Below, one piece after another: positions 45,824 to 57,857 of a stretch of 64,000 nt of DNA; position 1 is the first letter of the stretch; every line of letters starts with the position of its first letter. The position numbers were made by a program, and so were the translations under genes. The notes under the pieces were generated by a model. That model was not told the DNA's origin. It did no database searches and worked only from the letters and a program-made list of their open reading frames with translations. The DNA comes from Histomonas meleagridis 2922-C6/04-290x (Eukaryota > Protista > Parabasalia), in NCBI GenBank assembly GCA_020184695.1, contig JAANOX010000231.1, positions 1-64,000 on the forward strand, given 5' to 3'.

Positions 45824-46876
45824 TTAATTAATATTACATTTTTGTAGTAATCCACCGCTATCACTACTGCCCAAATTACACCAATCTGGCTCTGGTGAAT
45901 GGAAATCAAAAAGGTCTGATTGGTAATGTATTGAATGAAGATAAATCTTGAAAAGAGAAGCAGGATTATCACCTTTTATAACCGTATTTGAAGGCCACAA
46001 TCCCCTTTTTTCAGCCTCCTTTAACGCATCACTTTCTTCTTTGGTTAACGTTGGTTCGTTTCCTCCATAAAAAGGATCGTTTGAAATGGGGTGCCCCAAA
46101 TACGATAGATGAACTCTGATTTGATGGGTTCTTCCTGTGATTGGGTGACACTCGACAATACTTTCTTTACCATTAGTAGAAAGGCGCTTGAATATTGTAA
46201 GACTTTCTTTACCACCTTCACCACATTCACGGAAAGATCGATCTTTCTTTGATTCTCTGATTGGTTGATCAATTTTGATCTCGCCTTCTGGGAATTCACC
46301 AAGAACACGAGCTAAATATGTTTTATGGATTTTGTTGTTCTTAAGAAGCTGTGTAAATTCGCGAGCTGATTCTTCTGTCTTTGCCATAACAATGATACCT
46401 GAGGTAACTCTATCGAGGCGATGGACAGGAAAATATCGATTATCAATGCGTTTTATCATAGAATTATAAAAATATCCACCAGTTGCATGTATTGGAACTG
46501 ATGGTGGTTTTAAAAAAGCAATAAATTTGTCTGTTTCGTCTAACTTTTTAATTGGTATATTGTAAACAGGAGATTCCTTTCTTGTTATTGTATGTTCTAT
46601 GATATCATGTTCTTTGATTTTATAATCTTTTGTAATATGTTTTCCATTAACAACTATATCACCAGTAAGTATTCGTTCTTCTAATTGTTGTCTTGACCAA
46701 TGTTTAAATTCTTGTGAAAATACATCAAGTAAAATACGATTTTCCCATCTACCTTTAGCTACGCACCTAAAAGTAAATTTGTATGGTTTTATAAATCTAA
46801 AGGGTCCGATTATAATAGGTTCAATTGTGTCTATGAGTTTTGGTTTTGGAGGGGTTTCATCAGTCGAATCTTCCAT
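45824..46876 (-). CDS. RluA-family pseudouridine synthase (RPUSD2/Pus9-like)
   Basis: S4-like region, KPPSVPIH, catalytic HRLDRVTSG, TGRTHQIRVHL. Confidence 0.95.
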   Translation of the reverse strand: MEDSTDETPPKPKLIDTIEPIIIGPFRFIKPYKFTFRCVAKGRWENRILLDVFSQEFKHWSRQQLEERILTGDIVVNGKHITKDYKIKEHDIIEHTITRKESPVYNIPIKKLDETDKFIAFLKPPSVPIHATGGYFYNSMIKRIDNRYFPVHRLDRVTSGIIVMAKTEESAREFTQLLKNNKIHKTYLARVLGEFPEGEIKIDQPIRESKKDRSFRECGEGGKESLTIFKRLSTNGKESIVECHPITGRTHQIRVHLSYLGHPISNDPFYGGNEPTLTKEESDALKEAEKRGLWPSNTVIKGDNPASLFKIYLHSIHYQSDLFDFHSPEPDWCNLGSSDSGGLLQKCNIN

Positions 46877-46906
46877 TGGCGGTTTAAGCGGTTTTGCCGA
46901 TTACTT
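46877..46906. promoter_or_regulatory. 30-bp bidirectional promoter with two M3-like motifs
   Basis: GGCGGTTT and AGCGGTTT between head-to-head ATGs fit the trichomonad M3 (Myb-like) core promoter consensus as I recall it. Confidence 0.55.
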
Positions 46907-47086
46907 ATGGAAGAGCCACAAGAACCAAACTGGATACAGAAGCGAATTAGAGGAGTATCTTCTATACTAAAAAAGGTGGGTTCATATGCAGCTGATAAAG
47001 CATGGACCATTGCACCTGTTGTTGCATTTGTAGTTTATCCATTTGCAATGTCAATTGTAGAAGACAGAATTATAGAAAGTATTTAA
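46907..47086 (+). CDS. Tom22-like micro-protein (59 aa), below ORF-track cutoff
   Basis: MEEPQEPNWIQKRIRGVSSILKKVGSYAADKAWTIAPVVAFVVYPFAMSIVEDRIIESI; AW-x11-P-xxxSI-xE TM pattern typical of Tom22. Confidence 0.7.
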   Translation: MEEPQEPNWIQKRIRGVSSILKKVGSYAADKAWTIAPVVAFVVYPFAMSIVEDRIIESI

Positions 47087-47394
47087 TTAAATATTAAATA
47101 AAATTGCTGATGTTACTTATTTGTTTTATATTAATCAATATAATAAACCCGATTTAAAACAAAATTCATTTTGTTGTTGTTTCCAAAACAACAATTTTAA
47201 AGATATGACGAAAGAATACTAGCCAAAAATAAATTGATTTTTAAAGAATAGCTGAAAATTTTTTAAATTTCATCGATGTATTAAAAAAAAGATTATTAAC
47301 TTTTAATTAAAAATGTTGGGTTACATATCAAAATATTTTTTAATTAATTTTAGGATTTAAATGAATGCAAAAGGAGAAAAAAAGCGATTTTTAT

Positions 47395-49529
47395 TCACTT
47401 TGCTTCATCAGTTTTCTTACGAATTAAATCGACTACTTCAGTAAGTCCTCTTGAAGATGCTCTTGTAAGTGCTGTTTGAAATAATTATAAGAATTTCCAA
47501 ATATTATTTTGAAATCCTAAATTAATAAGATAAATAGAAAACGAAATAAAAAAACATTTTTAGCATTAATATCAATACCTTCTTGTTCAAGAAGCAATTT
47601 AACTATTTCCACATGTCCCATTTTAGCTGCACAAATAAGTGGCGTTTCATATAATTCAAGTAGAATCCAAACATTATATAAAAATATCAAATCATTTACA
47701 TAAATTATGTATTATTGTAAAAAATACCTTTATCATTAATGCTTATGCCTTTTTGCTCAAGAAGTAATTGTACTATTTTTAAATTCCCTCTAGAGGCTGC
47801 CACATGAAGTGCTGTATAAAAAAATTTAAATATATTCCAAATATTATTATGGAACAACAAATTATTAAAACAAATTTTAAATTATGAAAATAAATGTTTT
47901 TAGCATTAATATCAATTCCTTTTTGATCAAGAAGTAATTTTACTAAATTCAAATTACCATCTGATGCAAAAATTAACAATGAAGTAAATAATTTAAATAA
48001 TTTCCAAATACGCATATAAAATATCAAACTATAGAAAGAAATATTATTTTTATCATTAATATTAACTCCTTTTTGGTTTAAAAGAAGTTTAACAACATCA
48101 TTTTTCTCTCGTATAGTAGCAAACATAAGTGCTGTATTAAATAATTTAAATAATTTCCAAATATTAATTTAAAATATTCCAAAATTATAAAAATAAAAAC
48201 TAAATGAAACAAATAAATATCTTTAGCATTAATATCAATTCCTTTTTGTTCAAGAAGTAATTTAACTAATTCTGTGTGACCATGAAAAGATGCCATCATA
48301 AGTGCTGTCCAAAATATTCATAATAATTTCCAAATATTATTTTGGAATATTTTATTTTTCAAATAAAATTTATCTTTCATATTAACATCAAATCCCTTTT
48401 CTAAAAAATATTTAACAAGTTCAATATTTCCTGATACAGCAGAATACACCAAAATATCATTTGGAATTTGATAACCATGGAAATACTTAATAAGAAATAT
48501 ATTTCCATTTTGTGTTGATGTATAAATGATATCATTATTTATTATTAAATTTTCTTTTATTAAATAAGCAAAAATTTCATAGTTTTGATATAAAATACAT
48601 TGTTGACCTAATTTATCTAAATTAGCTATTTCAATAATTTTATTTTCATAAAAATATTTAAAGATATCATTACGATGGAACGCAATTGCTATTGCATATG
48701 CTTCTTCGAATGTTGAATGATTTTGTATACACAAATGAATGATTTCAATGTTTCCACCAGCAATTGCATATTTTCCGGTGTTTTCGATATTTGCACCATG
48801 CATAAGTAAATATTTAAAACATTTAACTGAGCCGTAATAAGCTGCATAATCAATTAATGTGATATTACCCCAATTAATAAAGGAACATCTTTCATAAAAT
48901 GATCCTTTAATTATTTGGTTAAAATCAAAATTCGATTGCGATGTTATTTCTTGAAGTTTTTCTATTTCATCATATCGAATTGCTCGTGTAACATTTAAAG
49001 GATTAACTCCTTCTTGAATTAATTCTTGATGAAGTTTCCAATCATCTTTTTTAAGCTTGTCAAGACCATTACTGATATCACTATAATATTTAAATGTTTT
49101 TAATTCATTCATGTCGTTATCTGATTTGTAATGTAGAAAATATAAATCTTTTTTATATTTAATAATATTTTGTTCAATTATGTTTTGCTTAATCAAATTA
49201 TCAAGAAGATAAAATGATTCCTGCGAATTCTTTTCAAGAAGAATAAAAGTAAATACATCAAATATATTGGATTTAATTTTATTGGTTTCTTCAAATGAAG
49301 AAATTTCCTTTAAAAAATCTAAACATACAGAGAATTCAAAACGATTTATGACAAATGACAAATATAACATTTGGCAAATTATTATGTTCATTGAAAGAGG
49401 ATAATCACCATCAAATATATCACTTATTGTTTGCACTGACTGAGAGGTTTTGGTTTCATTCAAATCAAAAATTACATCCTGAAGTGTTTGAAGAAACTCT
49501 AACTCATTTTGCGGAGTTTTCTTTTCCAT
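47395..49529 (-). CDS. DUF3447-type ankyrin-repeat protein, repeats interrupted by 60-83-nt AT-rich inserts
   Basis: SFYERCSFIN..TLIDYAAYYGSVKCFKYL domain, then TAL..LLLEQKGIDINAKD units separated by frame-breaking linkers. Confidence 0.8.
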
Positions 49530-49681
49530 TAAATTACGAAAGTGTCACTTTTATACCTTCGACACTTTTTTAAGTTTAAAAAGTGACATCGGCAATACAA
49601 CAAATTCAAAATTAAAAAAAATTAACTATTTGTTTCGTTTTTAATAATCAAATGGTGTTCATGAAATAAAAATTTGTCAAA

Positions 49682-50317
49682 TTAATATCTTGGATAATAT
49701 GGATTTGTATTAGGATACATTGGTTGTGGTTGTGGATACATTGGCTGTGCCTGAGGATACACCATTGGCTGTTGATACATCGGCTGTGGTTGTTGATATG
49801 TCATAGGTTGAGGACGAGCATTATACATTGGATTTTGATAAGCTGGTGCATATCCTTGCATTAAGGCGCCCATACCGAACATTGTGTTTTGCATTGCCAT
49901 CATGCTTTGTTGGAACATTGGTTGCGATGTGAATGGTTGTGCACCATTTGGAGCAACATGAACTACAAGGTGAATTCTTCCACCCTTCTTGACTCTACGG
50001 CATGGAATCATGTCATACCATTGGTCAATAACTTGACCAGGAGGGAAAGATGATAATGGAATGTTTAATGTCGCCATGTCATCATCAGAAATAGCATCTT
50101 TGTCTCTCATTAAAAGGTTAAGGTAGTCAACAGAAGGATTAACCGAAAAATGGAATTCTGCGTTCCAACGAGGATGAGATGTATTATTGATATAATTTGT
50201 GCGTCTTTCTTGCCTTGATCCTGAAATCCTGACAATAACATATGGATCACTCTTAGAGAAAAGATCCATCTTAGCAATATCGGTTGCTTCAAGTACTCTT
50301 AAGTGGAGCTGCATCAT
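49682..50317 (-). CDS. C2-domain protein with Q/P/Y/M-rich tail
   Basis: KMDLFSKSDPYV, NPxWNxEF, LMRDKDAISDDDM, IDQWY; xYPQP repeats. Confidence 0.93.
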   Translation of the reverse strand: MMQLHLRVLEATDIAKMDLFSKSDPYVIVRISGSRQERRTNYINNTSHPRWNAEFHFSVNPSVDYLNLLMRDKDAISDDDMATLNIPLSSFPPGQVIDQWYDMIPCRRVKKGGRIHLVVHVAPNGAQPFTSQPMFQQSMMAMQNTMFGMGALMQGYAPAYQNPMYNARPQPMTYQQPQPMYQQPMVYPQAQPMYPQPQPMYPNTNPYYPRY

Positions 50318-50935
50318 GAAAAATGATCAACCGAATTTTCATTCAAATTTTCACCCAAAAACCACCGAAACTAAACGGTTAGAATCGGAATTAACCGCGT
50401 TATTTCAGCCACCGATACGTTCGAAAATAAGTTTTCAATATAAAAAATTACGTAAACTATTGTAAAAATTGTCAGCGTGATTTAGCCTGCCAAAATCTGG
50501 AATTGATAAAACTTATAGAAAATAATGTGATAAAAAATTGAACTCGAAATACGATCAAATATCAATTGAAAATCTCTTTGAAGAAATATCCCAATTTGCT
50601 GACAAACGCATCTGCATTTGTGTGTTAATTAAAACAATTGTTATTTCCAATATAGATTAATATCTTACACTCTACTCGACAAATAATTTTTTCCTGCAAT
50701 TTTTGTTCATCTGTTGTGAACAATTCATTTTTTCTTATCTTAATGATTAAATTCTTCTCCTAAGATATTTTCTGCCATTACAACTGTTGTTAAAATGCAT
50801 TAGTGCTACAAAAAATGTTCTTCAAAAAAAATTTGCTGATCTGTTGTCGCATTAGAATATCAAATATTTTTTTAAAAATATTGTTAATAGCTTAACAATT
50901 TATTTTCAGCTTGATATATCATTTATTTAAAACAT

Positions 50936-51862
50936 TTAGAATGGGTTATCCGAGAACGGGTCCCACTGGCTGATCTGAATGAATGCAGATTCAGAACGAG
51001 CAAGTCCGGTAGCCGCTCTCTGGAATGGGTCATCATTTATGTTCGGCATGTCGCTCCAAAGCGAATCAATTTCAGTGAAGTTTTCCATTGAAATGGAAGA
51101 TGGCAATCCTGTTAATTCATTAAAATCATTTTCAGGAGAAAAGTCATCAAGCGTTGGAAGGTCATCATCAAGTTGATGGATTTGTAGTGGCTGACGTGTC
51201 ATAAATGGCTGGCGTATTGGCTGATTAATTTGATAATTATATTGATATGGTTGGGTAGTGACTGGAAATTGTTTATTTTGCATCTTTTGATGGTTGCTCT
51301 GTTTTTCATCGTAAAGATCTTCATCTAAAATTTCTGGCATTTGAACATTAGTAAAAGATGATACAAAGCAAAATTTTGTTTTATCAGATGCACATCGAAC
51401 AGTCCATTGTTTTAAGATATTAGGATGACTTTGAAGAGTTGGCAAAGCAGAGATAACACAATTTCTTGCTTTTGATTTGGTTTTAAGAGCTACATAACCA
51501 AGCTGTTGAAAACTCCCATTAATTGATGACTTGCATCGACTTAGGAATGCTTTTAATTGTCGGTTATTTACACATATTATTGGTCCGACGAAACAAACAC
51601 CTGTTAAAATACAACGAGCTTCTTGATTTTGATTTGACCTTTCAAGGAATCTGAGAACAATATTAAGTTCTTTGCTGAAAGTTACAATTCTTCTATCTTT
51701 GGAAGATATTTTTTGTCCGTTATGAAAATTGGTTCTAAGGCGGATAAACTCTTCCTGATCATCTCTGGAGAGAGCATTCCAAAATTGGGTTGGAAGAGTC
51801 ATCTCTGGAATTGCATCTATTGTGTTCATTTGAAATGGCGGCTTTTTATTCAAAATTTTCAC
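50936..51862 (-). CDS. Initiator binding domain (IBD) transcription factor
   Basis: RCILTGVCF..ICVNNRQL..CKSSINGSFQQLGY. Confidence 0.9.
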   Translation of the reverse strand: MKILNKKPPFQMNTIDAIPEMTLPTQFWNALSRDDQEEFIRLRTNFHNGQKISSKDRRIVTFSKELNIVLRFLERSNQNQEARCILTGVCFVGPIICVNNRQLKAFLSRCKSSINGSFQQLGYVALKTKSKARNCVISALPTLQSHPNILKQWTVRCASDKTKFCFVSSFTNVQMPEILDEDLYDEKQSNHQKMQNKQFPVTTQPYQYNYQINQPIRQPFMTRQPLQIHQLDDDLPTLDDFSPENDFNELTGLPSSISMENFTEIDSLWSDMPNINDDPFQRAATGLARSESAFIQISQWDPFSDNPF

Positions 51863-53471
51863 AAAATGTGAAAAATTCAGAAATCAAAATTAAATTATCT
51901 CCACAAACAGTAAAATTTCGATGTCAATTCATGTATTGAAAAGAATAACTATAAATAGGTTATATATCATTAGTTTTATATTTGAATTGATAATATAGAT
52001 TTTAACAATATCATCAATCAAAAAAATTATTATTTGTCTATTAAATAACTTATGTTTTTTTTTAATGGCTTTGGTCCATAAAATTACAGGTATGAATTTC
52101 TAGTGATGTTTATATAATTTATAGTGAAAAAGAGAAATATCATTTTTATAATCAAACCAAATACTGGCTTTATAATTTATTGGAAATAATTTTATAAACA
52201 TGATGTCGATTTTAATATATACATCAATTTCTGGATTATTTTATCATGTTGATCTTGCAAAAAACTCAATTTTTTCTCATGAGTCAAAACGATACAACAA
52301 CAAAAATTCAATGCGTTGAAAGCAACCCAAATTTCCCTCAATATTCATCTGATGAATATCTTTCAGAAAGTGCATATATTCACTTATCAAATTTGAGACA
52401 TCAGCGTCTGGATTTGGGTAAGAAACAATTTTGAATGCAGAGAGTTACTTTTTGAACCATGGAAATGTGTGGTGTATATTGAAGATATTCTTTGATAAAC
52501 GCCAAAACGCATTTAAACGCTTTTACAACGGACACACACATTTTTTATATAAATTAGGTAACTTTCAATTGACTTTTCTATATATAAATGATGTTGTAGT
52601 TATGACTTACAAATAATTTTAAAAATTATTGTGAAGAAATTTTTTTACATAATTTTCACAAAGAATATAAAAATATGAGACTCAAATATATATTATTAAT
52701 AATGCTATCGGTTACATTTTTAATTCCTACTGATATAGATTTATGCATTTGCAATCCCTTCTTTGCATCTTACAAATTTTTTTTCTGTGTCTTATTTTAT
52801 TAACCATTGAATTCAGGATTTATATTTATTAAGTGACAAAATGATTAAAATATGATGCTACAAACAAAAATTTTAATATAGATTAAAAGTTCATTTTTAA
52901 AAAAACGAATATTCATTCAGAATTGAAAAATCAGAAATTCAACCTGGAAATATGAATAAAGTGTGATAGTAATTTTATTTATACAGCAATTATTGGTTAT
53001 GTATTTTTTGTGATATATTTTATGAAAATCTCTATCAACATTAGATCAAGATTATTTTGTTTTTCATCAAAAAAATGACTTATAACGCCTACCATGTTTG
53101 CTTTATTGGCTTTTTATTGCAATATTTGTATGAATTGCAAAGGTTTGCATTTTTAAAAGATTGAAACGAAAATCACCAAAATTCAAATACAATTTTCAAA
53201 ATAATACATTGAAATGGAAACTAATTGGCTAGAAAATCTATGCGTAATTGATATTTAACTCATTTCACCATGAGCAGTAAAGTCTTTGTCTGAAACTTTT
53301 CTTAGCACCTTGTCCTGTGAATCAATTAGATAAAATTTTTGACGAAAATCAAGAAATTTACATACGTATGAAAAATATGGAGCAAAACACATGTTTTTGA
53401 TCTCAATATTGAGTATATATACTGCTCGTTAGCTAATTAGAGCTACTCAACATTAAACATATATTTTTTTA

Positions 53472-55297
53472 TTAAATTTTATCTTTATCATTAATATTAA
53501 TTCTTTCTTGTCCATGAAATAGTTTAATGTTTTCTGTATAACCATTTCGAGAAGATCAAATAAGCGCTGTATAAAATAATTTAAATAATTTCCAAATATT
53601 ATTTTGAAATATCAAATTATTAAAATAAATTTTAAATAAAACATATAAATATCCTTAGCATTAATATCGATTCCTTCTTGTTCAAGAAGTAATTTAACTA
53701 TTTCTACATGACCATTATAAGATGCATACATAAGTGCTGTCCAAAACAATTTAAACAATTTCCAAATATTATTGTTAAATATAAAATTATTAAACTAAAT
53801 ATTAAATAAAACAAATAAATATTTTTAGCATCAACATCAATTCCTTCTTCTTCAAGAAGTAATTTAACTATTTCTGTATAACCATTTCTAGATGCAAACA
53901 TAAGTGCTGTTATAAATATTCTAAATAATTTCCAAATATTATTTTGAAATATTAAATTATTAAAATAAATTTCAAATAAAACAAATAAATATCTTTAGCA
54001 TTTATATCAAAACATTTTTGCCCAAGAAGTAATTTAACAATTTCTATATGACCATTTTCAGATGCTCTAATAAGTGCTGTATCATCTAATTAAAACAATT
54101 TCCAAATATTATTTTGAAATATCAAATGATTAAAATAAATATCAAATAAAGCATATAAATATCTTTAGCATTTATATCAAAACATTTTTGCCCAAGAAGT
54201 AATTTAATGAGTTCATAATTTTTTGATTTTGCTGAAAATACTAAAATATTTTTTGGAATTTGATTCTTTTGAGCATAATATTCAACTAGATATAAATTTC
54301 CGTTTCTTGCTGATTCATTAATTATAGGATTTTTGTTTTCAACAATATTTTCTTCCAATAATAAAAGAATTTTATAATTTCCTTTTTCTATACAAAAACA
54401 TTCCAAATTTGTGCTTAATTCTTCAATTTTATTTTCATAAAGATATTTAAAGATATCATTTCGATGAAATTCAATTGCTGTTTCATATGATTCTTTAAAT
54501 GATGAATGATTTTGTTCACATAAATGAATGATTTCTTCATTTCCACCTGCAACTGCATATTTACCTGTATTTTTTACATTAGAACCATTCATAAGTAAAT
54601 ATTTAAAACATTTTACAGAAGAAAAAAATGCTGCATAATAAATTAATGTAACATTTTCTTGATTAATAAATGAACATCTTTCATAAAGTGATGGTTTGAT
54701 TGTTTGATTAAAATCAAAATTATGTTGTGATGATATTTCTTGAAGTTTTTCGATTTCATCATTTCGAATTATTTTTGCAAGTTCATTTGGATTATGTCCT
54801 TCTTCAATTAATTGCTTATGAAGTTCCCAATTATTCTTCGAAAGTTTTTTATAATTTTCTCTGAATGTATCTACGAATTGATTCTTGTGATATTTGCTTT
54901 TATTTTCTTCCTCTGTTTGATAATGTGCAAAATATGGAAAATCGATTTTTTTTGTTACATCTTTATCAATTAAATTTATTTCAAGCATTTTTTCAATTAT
55001 GTAAAATGATTCTTGTGAATTATTATCAACTAAATTGTTAGTAAAAATTTCAATAATTTTTTGAATATTTTTATTTATTTCTTCTTCTTTTGTTTGAATT
55101 ATTTCTAAATATTTAAAATATATATTGTTCACATCCTTATGTGAAAAAAATACAAAATAAATCAAATTACTTAAGATAGAATTAAATGAATATGGATGAT
55201 TTGTATCGAATAATTTCATTGTTTGATCGACTGTAAAATCAAAATTTTCTTCTTTTAAATTAAATATAATTTTCTCTAATTCTAAAAGCAATTCCAT
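53472..55297 (-). CDS. DUF3447-type ankyrin-repeat protein with four exact 80-nt interruptions
   Basis: SLYERCSFIN..AAFFSSVKCFKYL domain; 170-bp period (90 coding + 80 linker); last repeat has a TGA. Confidence 0.8.
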
Positions 55298-57369
55298 TTT
55301 GAATTTATTTCGTCGTGATTCCTTGTTTCAGTCGACAGAATGAAAATTCACATAATTATTCGAAAAGTGCTTGGAAGTTCACAAATAAACAGTGGAAAAT
55401 TCTGAAATCACAGGAATTGAAAGAGTAAGCTGGGTTATAATGGAAAGATTGAATATGTCATAAAAAATATTTTTTAAATATTTTTAAATATGAAAATATT
55501 TAAGTTTTAATGAATTCATTGGCAATGCATATCTAAAAGCACCATTAACTCCACATTGTAAACTTTATCGTTTCCATAAACCAAAAATTTATTAAACAAT
55601 TCAGGAAGTAGAACTTAATTTTGAGGAATCAATAAAATTCGAAGATGTCATCCACTTTGTATGGAACCTAATAATATATTTTTAATTATGTTATATATTT
55701 AAACCTTAATTCGTTATATTTCTGAACAAAATGTTGATTTTCCAATCGATGAAATAGTAAAAACAGCAAGACCTTTTACTAATTATTATATGGATTGTTT
55801 TAATAATATTAAATTAAAAAATAAAATATTTAATCAAAGTAGTTTTCTTTAAGAGAACTAAATTTTAAGTAAAATTCAACAAGGTGATTGGAATCATTAT
55901 CATTATATATAGTACAATAAAAATCAAAAACATTTCTATAAAAATAATATTAATATAGAAATACCATCAGGGAAATTGTTTGGAACTCAAAAAATAATAA
56001 ATGATATTGAAAATAATATTAATATTACATTTGAAATAGAAGAAAAAAATTTTAATTTTAATGGTAATATTTTTTATGCAGATAGTGATACAATAACAGA
56101 ATTTATTACTTATAAAAGTAACATTATTGTTTCTGATGTCGAATATGATTGTATTCCATATATTTATGGCGATTCATTTGTTTCATATAATAACAACATT
56201 CGTTTCGATGATAATCAAGAAATGTTAATCAACATAACACAACATGAAAGAGAAACACAAAACGTTTGAATCATTTAACATGCAAATTAATCTTGAAAAA
56301 GATAAGATTAATCATTTGATAAGCGTTTTAATGGCATTAAATAAATTACATGATAAAGAATTATCTTTAAATATCAAATTTTCATTTTTACAATGCGATT
56401 GTTTCACTTATCCGATCTGATAATAAATTGATCGGAAATGAAGTTTTCCCATATGATCTTAATTTCGGATTTTAAGAGAATCTTTCATGTGGGTTATTAC
56501 AAAGTATAAATGTACAAATAATTTATCTTGCACTTAAAAAACTTATGAATGTTAATTTATTAGGTGATATCGGAGATGAATTAATTAAAATGGCAGGTGA
56601 TTATAAATAAAGGAAGTTCCCAATATATTTACCCAACACATACATTAACACAATCATATTTATTTAGTAAATCGAATAAGTTTTCTAAATCAAATACATT
56701 TTCGAAATCAAATTCAATTATTAATTCAGATGTGTTTATCGAACTATTAATATAAATATAATATCATTATTGTGTTTAAATAATTGTACAATAACAAAAT
56801 GACATTTTTCATTTTCTTTGAATTATGCTACCAATAATTTACAACAAATTTGAAAGTGCGTATCAAATCATTCAATGCAAACATAAAAATTCTATTGGCA
56901 GAAAAATACGACAGGTTAGCGGTTTTTGCAGACGTTTGTCGTTCGTAATTATTCCAATGATGAAAGGAACAATCGAAATATTTGCATCGAAGTTTTCATT
57001 ACTGAAAGGGTTTGTTATTACTTCTATTATCAAATCCTATACTGTTCCATGATGAGGTTTTATTTAATAAGTATTAAAAACTCCAATAAACGGAGTATTC
57101 AGTTTAATTAGTGCCGAATAATTTGATGTAATTTTACTTAAAATGAATAAAAAAATTCATGTATGGAAAAATGAAATGTTTTGCTCTTCATATTTGATTT
57201 CAAAACAAAATAGATGAAATATAATCATTAGATAAATCATAGACAGATATAAACTCAATAAAAGTAGGAAATCGATGCATAATTACAAGTAATAGTGTGA
57301 TGTAATAATCCGAAAACTTTTAATATATTTGACCGAATCAGGAAACAATAAACTTATAAAATTTTGTTA

Positions 57370-57560
57370 AAGCAGCAGAATATGATTACATAAAAATAGT
57401 CAAATTATATCTTAAACATGAAGGAATTGATGTTAAAGCTATTAATATTTGTTTTATTTATTATTTACTTTAATAATTTAATATATTAAAATAATATATG
57501 ATTATTATTTGCATAATTTGAAACATCACCCAAAATTGGTCACACAAAAATAGTTATATT
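57370..57560 (+). pseudogene. Isolated degenerate ankyrin repeat with the same AT-rich linker (76 nt)
   Basis: KAAEYDYIKIVKLYLKHEGIDVKAIN then linker 57447-57522 then ACATCA. Confidence 0.6.
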
Positions 57561-57857
57561 GTCCCATATGAGATCCACTAACACACATTCGTGTAAGCCC
57601 AGGTATATACTCAACATATTACATTTGTAATAAATCCTGTTTTAATTCATAACATGAATAATTTATTTATGTTTAACTCAACAGTACGATTTGAGGTTCA
57701 TGATCGTTTTCTCCACAAAAATTATTTTCTTTTTGAACATAAATAATATTTTGTCATCATAATTTCAATGAAAATATTTATGTAAAATCTTTCTCATTCA
57801 CAGCATTTTGTGCCAGTTATAGCATAATAAAAATGCAAGCCAAAAAAATCAAATCAT

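Noticed and set aside
55560-57120. Fragmented ORFs (55976-56269, 56825-57111) that may be one pseudogene
   Set aside because: No recognisable family; could not reconstruct a frame.
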